NCBI GenBank assembly: GCA_025356815.1
Contig: JANXQL010000028.1
Span: 10,930 to 74,929 of the forward strand
DNA: 64,000 nt
Source: Pseudomonadota bacterium
GTDB lineage: Bacteria; Pseudomonadota; Gammaproteobacteria; Steroidobacterales; Steroidobacteraceae
Reading direction: 5' to 3'
Part shown: piece by piece, positions 1-7,977 of the stretch
Layout of the letters: every line of letters begins with the position of its first letter
How positions within the stretch are numbered: the first letter of the stretch is position 1
Notes under the pieces: generated by a model
Database searches by the model: none
What the model saw: only the letters and a program-made list of their open reading frames with translations
Told to the model about the DNA's origin: nothing
Translations under genes and position numbers: made by a program

Positions 1-858
1 CTTCTCGCCGAGCAGCCGGTTGAGTCCGTACGCCAGTGCGGAATTGAACAGCACCTGGATCAGGATAGGCACCGCGAGCAGCGCGATCACGGTCGGCTGC
101 CCGAGGATCGCCTCGCCCTGGAACGCGAACAGCAGCACCAGCGTCATCAGCAGGGCGCCGATAGACCACGGCCCGATGCTGGCCATCGCGGCGTCGAAAC
201 GCGTCGTGCCGCCAGCGAGCAGCCGCCGACGCCAGAGCTGGGCGAGCAGCACCGGGATGACGATGTACAGCACGACCGAGGTCAGGAGCGTCGCCCATGG
301 CACCGTGATCGCCGAGATGCCCAGTAGCCGTCCGACCAGCGGCGCGAACGCGAACACCATGATCGTATCGTTGAGCGCGACCTGCGACAGCGTGAATAGG
401 GGGTCGCCGTTGGTCAGCCGGCTCCAGACGAGCACCATCGCCGTGCACGGTGCCGCTGCGAGCAGGATCAGCCCCGCGATGTAGCTGTCGAGCTGCCCTG
501 CGGGCAGCTACGGCGCGAACAGGTGCCTGATGAACAGCCAGCCGAGGAAGGCCATCGAGAAGGGCTTGACCAGCCAGTTCACGAACAGCGTGACGCCGAT
601 GCCGCGCACGTGTTTGGTGACCTCGCGCAGCGCGCCGAAGTCGACCTTCACGAGCATCGGGATGATCATCACCCAGATGAGCGCGCCGACCGGCAGATTG
701 ACGTTCGCGACCTCCATCCTGCCCAGGACGTGGACGACGCCCGGCAGGGCATGGCCGACAAGCACGCCCACCGCGATGCACAGCGCGACCCACAGCGACA
801 GGTAGCGCTCGAAGAACCCCATCGCCGGCCTGGCCTCGACGCGGGTAGCAGCGTTCAT
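1..858 (-). pseudogene. acr3: ACR3-family arsenite efflux permease. The C-terminus runs off the window at nt 1 and the frame is interrupted by an in-frame TAG at 508-510.
   Basis: Track ORF 508..1092(-) contains MNAATRVEARPAMGFFERYLSLWVALCIAVG...FLGWLFIRHLFAP, then TAG. Hand translation of the same frame below 508 continues LPAGQLDSYIAGLILLAAAPCTAMVLVWSRLTNGDPLFTLSQVALNDTIMVFAFAP... to nt 1. ATG at 858-856, 4 nt after the arsC stop. Confidence 0.85.
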
Positions 859-862
859 TTCT

Positions 863-1357
863 TCAGCTGTCCGCGAGCGTTCGTGCGGACTGCTCCAGCA
901 CCATCCGCTGCAGCGACGCCGCGGGCAGGTTGACGAAGATCTGCAGTCGACGCCTGATCTGGTGCAGCGTTGTGCGGAACGCGAACCGCTTGACCTCGTC
1001 GGCGGCATCGCCGGCGCTGGGATCGTCGTAGCCCCAGTGCGCGGTCGCCGGCCGGCCCGGAAAGACCGGGCAGACTTCGTTGGCGTTGCCACACACGGTG
1101 ATCACCAGGTCGATCGGGGGAGCGTCGGGCCGCAGGAATTCGTCCCAGCTCTTGCTGCGCAGCGTCGAGGTGTCGATGCCGGCGTCCTCGAGCGTGCGCA
1201 GGGCGAGCGGATTGGGCTTGCCGTCCGTACGCGGCGTGCTGCCGGCCGAAGAGGCTATGAACTTGCCCGCGCCCGGCTCGTTCAGCAGCGCTTCCGCCAG
1301 CACGCTGCGGGCGGAATTGTGGGTGCACAGCAAGAGGACGGAAATAGGCGCGCTCAT
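863..1357 (-). CDS. arsC: Arsenate reductase, low-molecular-weight phosphatase (thioredoxin-coupled) type
   Basis: 164 aa from an internal ATG of ORF 863..1750. MSAPISVLLLCTHNSARSVLAEA carries the CX5R(S) P-loop, and further Cys residues sit in VITVCGNANEVCP. ATGA overlap with the arsR stop. Confidence 0.85.
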   Translation of the reverse strand: MSAPISVLLLCTHNSARSVLAEALLNEPGAGKFIASSAGSTPRTDGKPNPLALRTLEDAGIDTSTLRSKSWDEFLRPDAPPIDLVITVCGNANEVCPVFPGRPATAHWGYDDPSAGDAADEVKRFAFRTTLHQIRRRLQIFVNLPAASLQRMVLEQSARTLADS

Positions 1358-1698
1358 GATGCTCCCACTCGCTCGAGGTTGACGGACGGCGCCACCGGCA
1401 CCACGGCGCAGGGCCTGCCGCCGCAGCAATTGCGGGACAGGAACGCCAGCAGCTCGTTCATCCGCTCGAAATCGGCCCGGTAGATCAATGCCCGCCCGCG
1501 CGTCTGGCGGGTGATCAGCTCGGCCGCCATCAGTCCCTTGAGATGGAACGAGAGGCTGTTGGCGGGAATTCCGATCATCTGGGCCAGCGGCGTCGGCTGC
1601 AGGCCCTCCGGGCCCGCCTCGACCAGCGCCCGGAAGATGGCCAGTCGCGAGACCTGGGCCAGCGCCGAGAGGGTTGCAACAGCATCTACGGATTCCAT
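1354..1698 (-). CDS. arsR: ArsR/SmtB-family metalloregulator with a C-terminal Cys triad
   Basis: MESVDAVATLSALAQVSRLAIFRALVEAGPEGLQPTPLAQMIGIPANSLSFHLKGLMAAELI is a wHTH; the C-terminus reads NCCGGRPC. An alternative GTG start at 1734 would read through an AT-rich stretch that is more likely promoter/operator. Confidence 0.8.
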   Translation of the reverse strand: MESVDAVATLSALAQVSRLAIFRALVEAGPEGLQPTPLAQMIGIPANSLSFHLKGLMAAELITRQTRGRALIYRADFERMNELLAFLSRNCCGGRPCAVVPVAPSVNLERVGAS

Positions 1699-1919
1699 GA
1701 TTCCAGCATGAATAAAATGACGATTCAAAGACACTCGTTCCGCGCGGCAAGCCGCCGCGGCCTCCCGGCGGTAGGGCGACTGCCGGGAAGTCGATCTCCA
1801 GCGTCTACAGTGGAGCGAGGCGCTGCGGGAGCTTGCCTACGGCGACCTGCGCAGCGACCCAGTCCCGTGCGACCGGCGCGATTCTCCGACCCCGGAGTGC
1901 ACTTGCCGGCCTGTGCGCG

Positions 1920-2298
1920 TCACGGCGCGTATAGCGCAGCGTTGTCGATGTAGATGCGGTAGCAGTCGATCCGGCCACCATCGAGGGTAAAGGTGTTGGC
2001 GAACGGCACGGTCACCTGGCGGCTGTCGTGCCGCGTGTACGTCACGGCGCCCTCGCAGGCCACGCTGCCCTCCCCAGATCAGCTGCGGGACAACTCGTGG
2101 TGGCAGCCGGCGATCGAATCGAAGAAGCCACCGACCGCGGCCAGGGTCGCCGCGCGACCCCGAACCGGCGGGCTGTTACCGAAGCGAAAGACCCCGTCCG
2201 GGGGTCAGCAACGCAGCGAAGCGTTGCGCATCGCGGGCGTCGATGGCCGCAAAAAGCGCCTTCCAGGCACGCCCCGCGGCGGTCCAGTCCGAGGCCAT
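1920..2298 (-). pseudogene. SnoaL-like / NTF2-fold protein disrupted by a +1 frameshift and an in-frame TGA
   Basis: ATG at 2298-2296 gives MASDWTAAGRAWKALFAAIDARDAQRFAALLTP. The frame breaks in a run of five C (plus-strand G 2200-2204). The next frame continues DGVFRFGNSPPVRGRAATLAAVGGFFDSIAGCHHELSRS, then TGA (2079-2081), then SGEGSVACEGAVTYTRHDSRQVTVPFANTFTLDGGRIDCYRIYIDNAALYAP to the stop at 1920-1922. Confidence 0.65.
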
Positions 2299-2650
2299 GT
2301 ACGTATCTGCCGTCACTTGTGCTTCTCCCCGGGACGCCCGCTGAGGCCGCCGCTTCGCGGTAGGCTCTACTGCATTTGGCGGTGAACAGTATCGCCGAAC
2401 CGCGTCGCGCGGGACATTTCGCATTGCAGCTTCGCTTTTGGTGGCCGGGACGCGCAACCCGCAACGTTCGAGGACCCTCGCATCGGTACAGACCGAAGCT
2501 ATCGCGCCCGCTTGAGCCGCCGCTGCGCCGAACGCTGACTTGGCCACTAGGAAGTGCTGCAAGTCCGTGAATTCTGACTAGGGATTTTCCGCTACTGCGG
2601 AACTTTTCGTTCAAGAGCATCTTTCGCAACCGCCAGAAAAGCGAAATAGC

Positions 2651-2671
2651 GGTAACGCCTCAAACGTTACC
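2651..2671 (+). promoter_or_regulatory. 7-bp perfect inverted repeat GGTAACG-N7-CGTTACC, 24 nt upstream of the first cytochrome start
   Basis: Read directly from the sequence. It lies between a lower-GC leader and the GGGAGAGAGGA Shine-Dalgarno region at 2683-2693. Function unknown (operator or 5'-UTR hairpin). Confidence 0.3.
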
Positions 2672-2694
2672 CACTGTCTTTCGGGAGAGAGGAC

Positions 2695-5373
2695 ATGAAA
2701 GTGAGCAGCAGCTGGGGAACACGGATTCTCGGTTGTGTATGGGCGTTCTTCGCCATCGCAATCCTCGCGGGTTGCTCCGGCGGCAAGGACGGCGCCCCTG
2801 GACAGCCTGGCCCCACGGGCCCCGGCGGTTCGACCGGCGGCACCGGCGGCACCGGCCCCATCCTTGCGCTCGACCTCTCGACCGCAAAGAGCATCACCGC
2901 CAAGGTCACCAGCGTGACCTCGGGCGCTTCACCGACGGTTACCTTCACGCTGGTCGACGAGACCGGCAATCCGCTGAAGGGCCTGAAGGCCAACCAGATC
3001 AGCGTCGCCATCGCGCAACTGCAGCCGACGGTGGGAGGCTACCCCCAGTGGCGCAGCTACGTGACGCAGGTTGAGGCCGCGCAGGCGGGCACCCTCGGCT
3101 GGGGCACGGCCGACGCGGTGCAGCCGAAGGCCGAAAGCGCGACCGCCGGGACGTTCGTCGACAATGGCGATGGCTCCTACACCTACCGGTTCAGCAAGGC
3201 GCTGGACGCTCTGGCAGTGGACGCGAACGCCGCCTACGCGGTCGCCGGCCGGATCCCGACCGGCGTCACGATTGCGTACGATGGCACGCTGACGCACCGC
3301 GTCGCGCTGGAGCTGCGCGCCCCGTTCGGCACCACGGCACTGAACCCTACGAATAACGCGGTTTACGACTACGTCCCGGCCACGGGCTCGACTGCGGTGA
3401 CGACCACGCGCAAGATCTCCAGCAACAAGCAGTGCGACGCCTGCCACGCGAAGTTCGCGATGCATGGCGGTCCTCGCATCGACGTCGAGTACTGCGTCGT
3501 GTGCCACAACTCCGGCAATGCGGATGCGCAGTCCGGCAACTCGCTGGACCTGAAGGTGCTGGCGCACAAGATCCATTCCGGCGCCAAGCTGCCGAGTGTG
3601 GTCGCGGACACCGTCAACCACGGCACAGTGCCGGGCGCTGGCATCGGCTACGTCATCTACGGCTACGGTGGCTCCGTCAACAACTTCAACGACGTTGTGT
3701 TCCCGCAGGACGTGCGCAACTGCACGACCTGCCACAACCCGGCCGATACCCTGAATACGCCGGATGCGGGTAACTACTCGGCGATCGCCAGCACGGCTGC
3801 CTGCGGCGCCTGCCACGACACGATGAACATGGTCACGCACGCCAATGCGGCTGACGTCGCCGCAGCCGACGCGAGCTGCATGAACTCCGGCTGCCACTCG
3901 GCAACCAGCCCGGGCGTCGCCGCCGTCGGCGGTGGCAACGTCGATGTCGTCACGGCCCACTCGATTGCCAAGCAGACGCAGATGGCGAAGTACAAGCTCA
4001 ACATCGTCCGCGTCGAAGCCATCCAGCCCGACGGTATGACGGTCGAGCCTGCCTGTGCCGCCAAGATCGCCGCGGCTGCGGCCGGCGCCACGGTCGTCTG
4101 CACGGTCCCGCCGGGCGACTATCCGCGCGTCTCGGTCACGGTCACCGACCCGACCAACGCCAACGCGAAGTACGACCTGCGTGCGGCCCCGTTCAACACC
4201 TACGGCACCTCGCTCTCGGCTCGCGCGGGCTGGTCGACGCTCAACTACACCAACCCGGGCACGATCGTCGGCGCCGGCACGACCCAGGCCGAGTCGGTGT
4301 CGTTCTTCGCGAACGTCGGCAAGACCTCCGCCGCGCCCGCGCCGGCCACGACCGCGGTCAACGTCACGACGCCGACCGCGTTGGCCGCCGTGTCGGTCAT
4401 CCCCTCGGTCCCGGCCGTGATCGTCAGCGCCGACGGCACGATGCTCAGCGCGCGCTTCCCGTACTCGGTGCCGCTGGCATCGGAGCGGGTGCTCGCCGGT
4501 GGTAGCGGCGCGATCGGTGCCCAGGCGCAGATCAACCTGCTCGGCGTGGCCGACGTCGGGACGACCGCGCCGCTCATCTCGGGCTCGGTGCCGTCGCTGT
4601 ACGCGACAGCCGTCCCGCTCAAGTCGGCAGACGTGGTCTCCTTCCCGATCACCGACACGACCGCCGTCGCTCGTCGCGTCGTCGTCGACTCGAACAACTG
4701 CCTGCGCTGCCACAAGAAGCTGGTGCTGCACGGCAGTCGCGTCGACAACGTGCAGTTCTGCGTGATGTGCCACAACCCCGCCCAGGCGCCGTACGTGCCG
4801 ACGCGCGCGGCCTCGGGCGTGTACCTGCAGGGCTCGGAGCCGGTGGACTTCAAGTTCTTCGTGCACGCCATTCACTCGGCGCAGTACAAGGCCGGCCAGC
4901 TCGATTTCACCGAGGTCGGCTTCCCCGGCCAGCTCGGCAACTGCCTCGGCTGCCACAAGACCGACACCTACTTCCCGGTCGATCCGACCAAGGTGTTCGG
5001 CACGACGATCGACCCGGGCACCCAGCCGACCGCCACGCGGTTCGGCGGCTACGACGATCCGACGCAGCACTACGCGATCACCGCGAACGCGGCGGCGTGC
5101 GGCTCCTGCCACGCGGATGCGACGGCGCAGAACCACATGAAGCAACAGGGCTCGGTAGTCATCGGCGACCTGATCTCGACCGGCGGCGCGGGCATGAACG
5201 GACTTGGCTTCGGCGTCCCGAACACCTTCGTGTCGGGTGCGCCGCACATCAAGGCGCTGGATGGCTCGACGCTGCCGCAGTACCAGACCGAAACGTGCAG
5301 CGTCTGCCACGGTCCGGGCGCGACGGCGGACGTGAAGGTCGTCCACGGCGTGGCCTCGTACAAGTACAACTGA
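2695..5373 (+). CDS. Outer-membrane decahaem c-type cytochrome lipoprotein, OmcA/MtrC family (paralog 1, 892 aa)
   Basis: Lipobox ILAGCSGG followed by a Gly-X-Y tract. Haem motifs in order: CDACH, CVVCH, CTTCH, CGACH, CMNSGCH (CX4CH), CLRCH, CVMCH, CLGCH, CGSCH, CSVCH, grouped 5+5. TFVDNGDGSYTYRFS and CDACHAKFAMHGGPRIDVEYCVVCHN resemble Shewanella MtrC as I remember it. Confidence 0.85.
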   Translation: MKVSSSWGTRILGCVWAFFAIAILAGCSGGKDGAPGQPGPTGPGGSTGGTGGTGPILALDLSTAKSITAKVTSVTSGASPTVTFTLVDETGNPLKGLKANQISVAIAQLQPTVGGYPQWRSYVTQVEAAQAGTLGWGTADAVQPKAESATAGTFVDNGDGSYTYRFSKALDALAVDANAAYAVAGRIPTGVTIAYDGTLTHRVALELRAPFGTTALNPTNNAVYDYVPATGSTAVTTTRKISSNKQCDACHAKFAMHGGPRIDVEYCVVCHNSGNADAQSGNSLDLKVLAHKIHSGAKLPSVVADTVNHGTVPGAGIGYVIYGYGGSVNNFNDVVFPQDVRNCTTCHNPADTLNTPDAGNYSAIASTAACGACHDTMNMVTHANAADVAAADASCMNSGCHSATSPGVAAVGGGNVDVVTAHSIAKQTQMAKYKLNIVRVEAIQPDGMTVEPACAAKIAAAAAGATVVCTVPPGDYPRVSVTVTDPTNANAKYDLRAAPFNTYGTSLSARAGWSTLNYTNPGTIVGAGTTQAESVSFFANVGKTSAAPAPATTAVNVTTPTALAAVSVIPSVPAVIVSADGTMLSARFPYSVPLASERVLAGGSGAIGAQAQINLLGVADVGTTAPLISGSVPSLYATAVPLKSADVVSFPITDTTAVARRVVVDSNNCLRCHKKLVLHGSRVDNVQFCVMCHNPAQAPYVPTRAASGVYLQGSEPVDFKFFVHAIHSAQYKAGQLDFTEVGFPGQLGNCLGCHKTDTYFPVDPTKVFGTTIDPGTQPTATRFGGYDDPTQHYAITANAAACGSCHADATAQNHMKQQGSVVIGDLISTGGAGMNGLGFGVPNTFVSGAPHIKALDGSTLPQYQTETCSVCHGPGATADVKVVHGVASYKYN

Positions 5374-5390
5374 TCAACGCAACGACGAGC

Positions 5391-5414
5391 GGCCCGGCGC
5401 ACCAGCGCCGGGCC
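5391..5414 (+). promoter_or_regulatory. Perfect 10-bp GC stem with a 4-nt loop in the 67-nt spacer between the two outer-cytochrome genes
   Basis: GGCCCGGCGC-ACCA-GCGCCGGGCC. No U-tract follows, and a GAGGAG Shine-Dalgarno for the next gene sits at 5429-5434. Confidence 0.5.
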
Positions 5415-5440
5415 ACGACGGACCGAACGAGGAGCGAACC

Positions 5441-7912
5441 ATGTTCGCGATGACTAAGGCGATTCGTGGCCAGACGCTGGCCGGTGTTGTGCTCTCGCTC
5501 GTGGCGGGGGTGCTGCTGGCGGGCTGTAGCGGGGGAGCGGGGTCCACCGGACCTGCCGGTCCCGCGGGCGGGTCGGGATCCACCGGACCCGGCGGGTCGC
5601 CGCTGGCACGCGACATCTCGGTGGCGCAGTCGATCACGGTGCAGATCACCGGGGTCAACGGCGGCGCTTCGCCGAAGATCTTCTTCAACCTCGCCGACCA
5701 GAAGGGCCAGCCGCTGTACGGCCTGAAGGCTACGCAGGTCCGCTTCGCGATCGCAAAGCTGGTGCCGGGCAACAACGGTAGCCCGAGCGACTGGGTTTCC
5801 TACATCAACACCGTTGACAACCCGGTCGCAGGACAAGGCTGGGGCACCGTCCCGACCCGCCAGCCGACCGCGGAAGTCGCAAGCACCGCTGGCGGCGCCT
5901 TCGTCGACAACGGCGACGGCACCTACAGCTACACGCTGTCGAAGAGCCTCGGCGCCTACACGGCCGCCGACGCCATGGGACCTGCGATCGCATACGACCC
6001 GAGCGTGCCGCATCGCGTCGGCCTCGAGCTGCGCGGCACCGGCCCCAACAGCAGCAACAACGGCATCAACAACGGCGTGTTCAACTGGCTGCCGCAGACC
6101 GGTGCCACCACGAACCTCGCGACTCGCGACATCGTCGGCAACCGCGAGTGCTTCGCCTGCCATGCGCGGCTCGCGCTGCACGGCGGCGCGCGCAACGACA
6201 TCCAGTACTGCGTGATCTGCCACAACCCCGGCAACAAGGATGCGCAGTCGGGCAATACGCTCGACTTCAAGGTGATGGTCCACCGGATCCACCAGGGCGC
6301 GAACCTGCCCACCGTCGTCGATGCCGGCAGCACCGATCCCGCGCAGGGCATCGGCTACACCATCTGGGGCTTTGGCGGCTCGGTGAACAACTTCAATACC
6401 GTCGTCTGGCCGCAGGACACGCGCAACTGCACGACCTGCCACAACGCGTCGGATCCGGCGACGCCAGACGCGGACAACTACAAGAACGCCCCCAACGAGG
6501 CCGCCTGCACCGGATGCCATGACGACGCGAGCATGACCACCGGCGTCAACCACGGCCCGACCAACCAGCCCTCGACCGACGCCGACTGCGTGACCTGTCA
6601 CGGCCCGACGGCGAGCGTCGCCGCGGGCGCTTGGCAGGTGGCGGCGTTGCACGTGATCCCCGAAAAGGTCGCGTCCGGCCAGTTCAAGTACAACCTCCTG
6701 TCGGTGACCAGCGATACCGATGGCGCCCTCGCCAATGGCGGGCAGATGAAGATCACCTTCTCGGTGACCGACCCGACCCGACCGGGCGCCTGGTACGACA
6801 TCCGCTCGGACGTCGCGTTCGCAGGCGCCGACGCCGGCGGCGTGGTCTGCCGCGGCGGTGGGCCGGCACGGCTCGCGATCGATGTGGGCTGGAGCACCGG
6901 CGACTACACGAACTTCGGCTCCAACGCCAAACCCGCGCAGCCATGGTCGTTCAACCCGATCACCGGCAGCGTTGCCGCGACCGCCGGCGTGACCGGCTGC
7001 CCGGCGGATGCCGCGGCCGCGGTCACCGGCCCCGACGCGAACGGCGTGTTCACGCTGGTCACCCACAAGGCCGGCGGCCTGCCTGCCGGGATCGGCTCGC
7101 TGACGGTCGTGTTCGAGGGACACCCGGCGGTCGATACGCAAAACGTCGGTACCACCGCCGGCACCGGCTGGCAGCGGATCGCGGTCACCACCGCCGTCAG
7201 CAGCGTGAAGGTCAACGACGCCAAGCTCGTTGCACGCCGCAGCGTGGTGGCGATCGCCAAGTGCGACCGCTGCCACAACCAGCTCACGGTGCATGGCAAC
7301 AACCGTACCGACAATCCGCAGGCCTGCGTCGTCTGCCACAACCCGGGCGCCACCGACGGCGCGCGGCGGGCGGGCATCAAGGACGCTGACGGTACGGTGA
7401 CGGGCTTCGACCCGGTCGATGGCCTGTACGAGCAGCCGATCGACTTCAAGTTCCTGATCCACGGCATTCACGCCGCGGACTACCGCGCGACCCAGGGCGC
7501 GGATCCGCTCGTGGTGTACGGATTCGGCGGCTCCCGCACCGACTTCGGCGACGTGGGCTTCCCCGGTGCGATCAACGACTGCGAGATGTGCCACACCGCC
7601 GGCACCTACTTCCCCGTCGATGTGACCCAGGTGCAGGCGACGAGCACGAGCACGGGCACGCTGGTCAACGCGTTGAACCCGAATCCGGTCGCGGCGACAT
7701 CGCCGAACATGGCGGCCTGCTCGGCCTGCCACACGGCGACGATCGCCCGCACCCACATGCTGCAGAACGGTGGATCGACGTCGATCCAGAAGGACGCCAA
7801 CGGGCGCTCGCTGGCCGGATCGGTCGCGGAGACCTGCGGGATCTGCCACGGACCGGGTGCGACGGCGGACGTCAAGGTCGTGCACAAGGTGGCGTCCTAC
7901 CCGTACAACTGA
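5441..7912 (+). CDS. Outer-membrane decahaem c-type cytochrome lipoprotein, OmcA/MtrC family (paralog 2, 823 aa)
   Basis: Lipobox LLAGCSGG plus a Gly-X-Y tract. Ten canonical CXXCH motifs: CFACH, CVICH, CTTCH, CTGCH, CVTCH, CDRCH, CVVCH, CEMCH, CSACH, CGICH. The C-terminus CHGPGATADVKVVHKVASYPYN parallels paralog 1. Confidence 0.85.
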   Translation: MFAMTKAIRGQTLAGVVLSLVAGVLLAGCSGGAGSTGPAGPAGGSGSTGPGGSPLARDISVAQSITVQITGVNGGASPKIFFNLADQKGQPLYGLKATQVRFAIAKLVPGNNGSPSDWVSYINTVDNPVAGQGWGTVPTRQPTAEVASTAGGAFVDNGDGTYSYTLSKSLGAYTAADAMGPAIAYDPSVPHRVGLELRGTGPNSSNNGINNGVFNWLPQTGATTNLATRDIVGNRECFACHARLALHGGARNDIQYCVICHNPGNKDAQSGNTLDFKVMVHRIHQGANLPTVVDAGSTDPAQGIGYTIWGFGGSVNNFNTVVWPQDTRNCTTCHNASDPATPDADNYKNAPNEAACTGCHDDASMTTGVNHGPTNQPSTDADCVTCHGPTASVAAGAWQVAALHVIPEKVASGQFKYNLLSVTSDTDGALANGGQMKITFSVTDPTRPGAWYDIRSDVAFAGADAGGVVCRGGGPARLAIDVGWSTGDYTNFGSNAKPAQPWSFNPITGSVAATAGVTGCPADAAAAVTGPDANGVFTLVTHKAGGLPAGIGSLTVVFEGHPAVDTQNVGTTAGTGWQRIAVTTAVSSVKVNDAKLVARRSVVAIAKCDRCHNQLTVHGNNRTDNPQACVVCHNPGATDGARRAGIKDADGTVTGFDPVDGLYEQPIDFKFLIHGIHAADYRATQGADPLVVYGFGGSRTDFGDVGFPGAINDCEMCHTAGTYFPVDVTQVQATSTSTGTLVNALNPNPVAATSPNMAACSACHTATIARTHMLQNGGSTSIQKDANGRSLAGSVAETCGICHGPGATADVKVVHKVASYPYN

Positions 7913-7931
7913 TGCAGAGCTCGTGGCGCGA

Positions 7932-7952
7932 CGGGGGAACTCGCTTCCCCCG
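7932..7952 (+). promoter_or_regulatory. 8-bp stem-loop CGGGGGAA-CTCGC-TTCCCCCG just downstream of the paralog 2 stop
   Basis: Read directly. No U-tract. It precedes the CAGAA microsatellite. Confidence 0.4.
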
Positions 7953-7977
7953 CCGCCTCTCGAGAGACGAAGCGGAC

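Noticed and set aside
20-484. 154-aa plus-strand ORF at the left edge
   Set aside because: It is antisense to the lower half of the ACR3 frame, which reads as a clean family match on the minus strand.
2376-2570. 64-aa plus-strand ORF in the cytochrome leader region
   Set aside because: It has no Shine-Dalgarno, poor coding bias and an Arg/Pro-rich product. The region is treated as non-coding leader.
2566-2581. CRP-like half-site pair CGTGA-N6-ACTAG upstream of the cytochrome locus
   Set aside because: Only the left arm resembles TGTGA and the right arm does not match TCACA. It is too weak to report as a site.
2929-5346. 805-aa minus-strand ORF
   Set aside because: It is fully antisense to the decahaem cytochrome gene and has Arg/Ala/Gly/Asp-rich low-complexity sequence with no motifs. 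This is a typical shadow ORF of a GC-rich genome, whereas the plus-strand frame has a lipobox and ten haem motifs.
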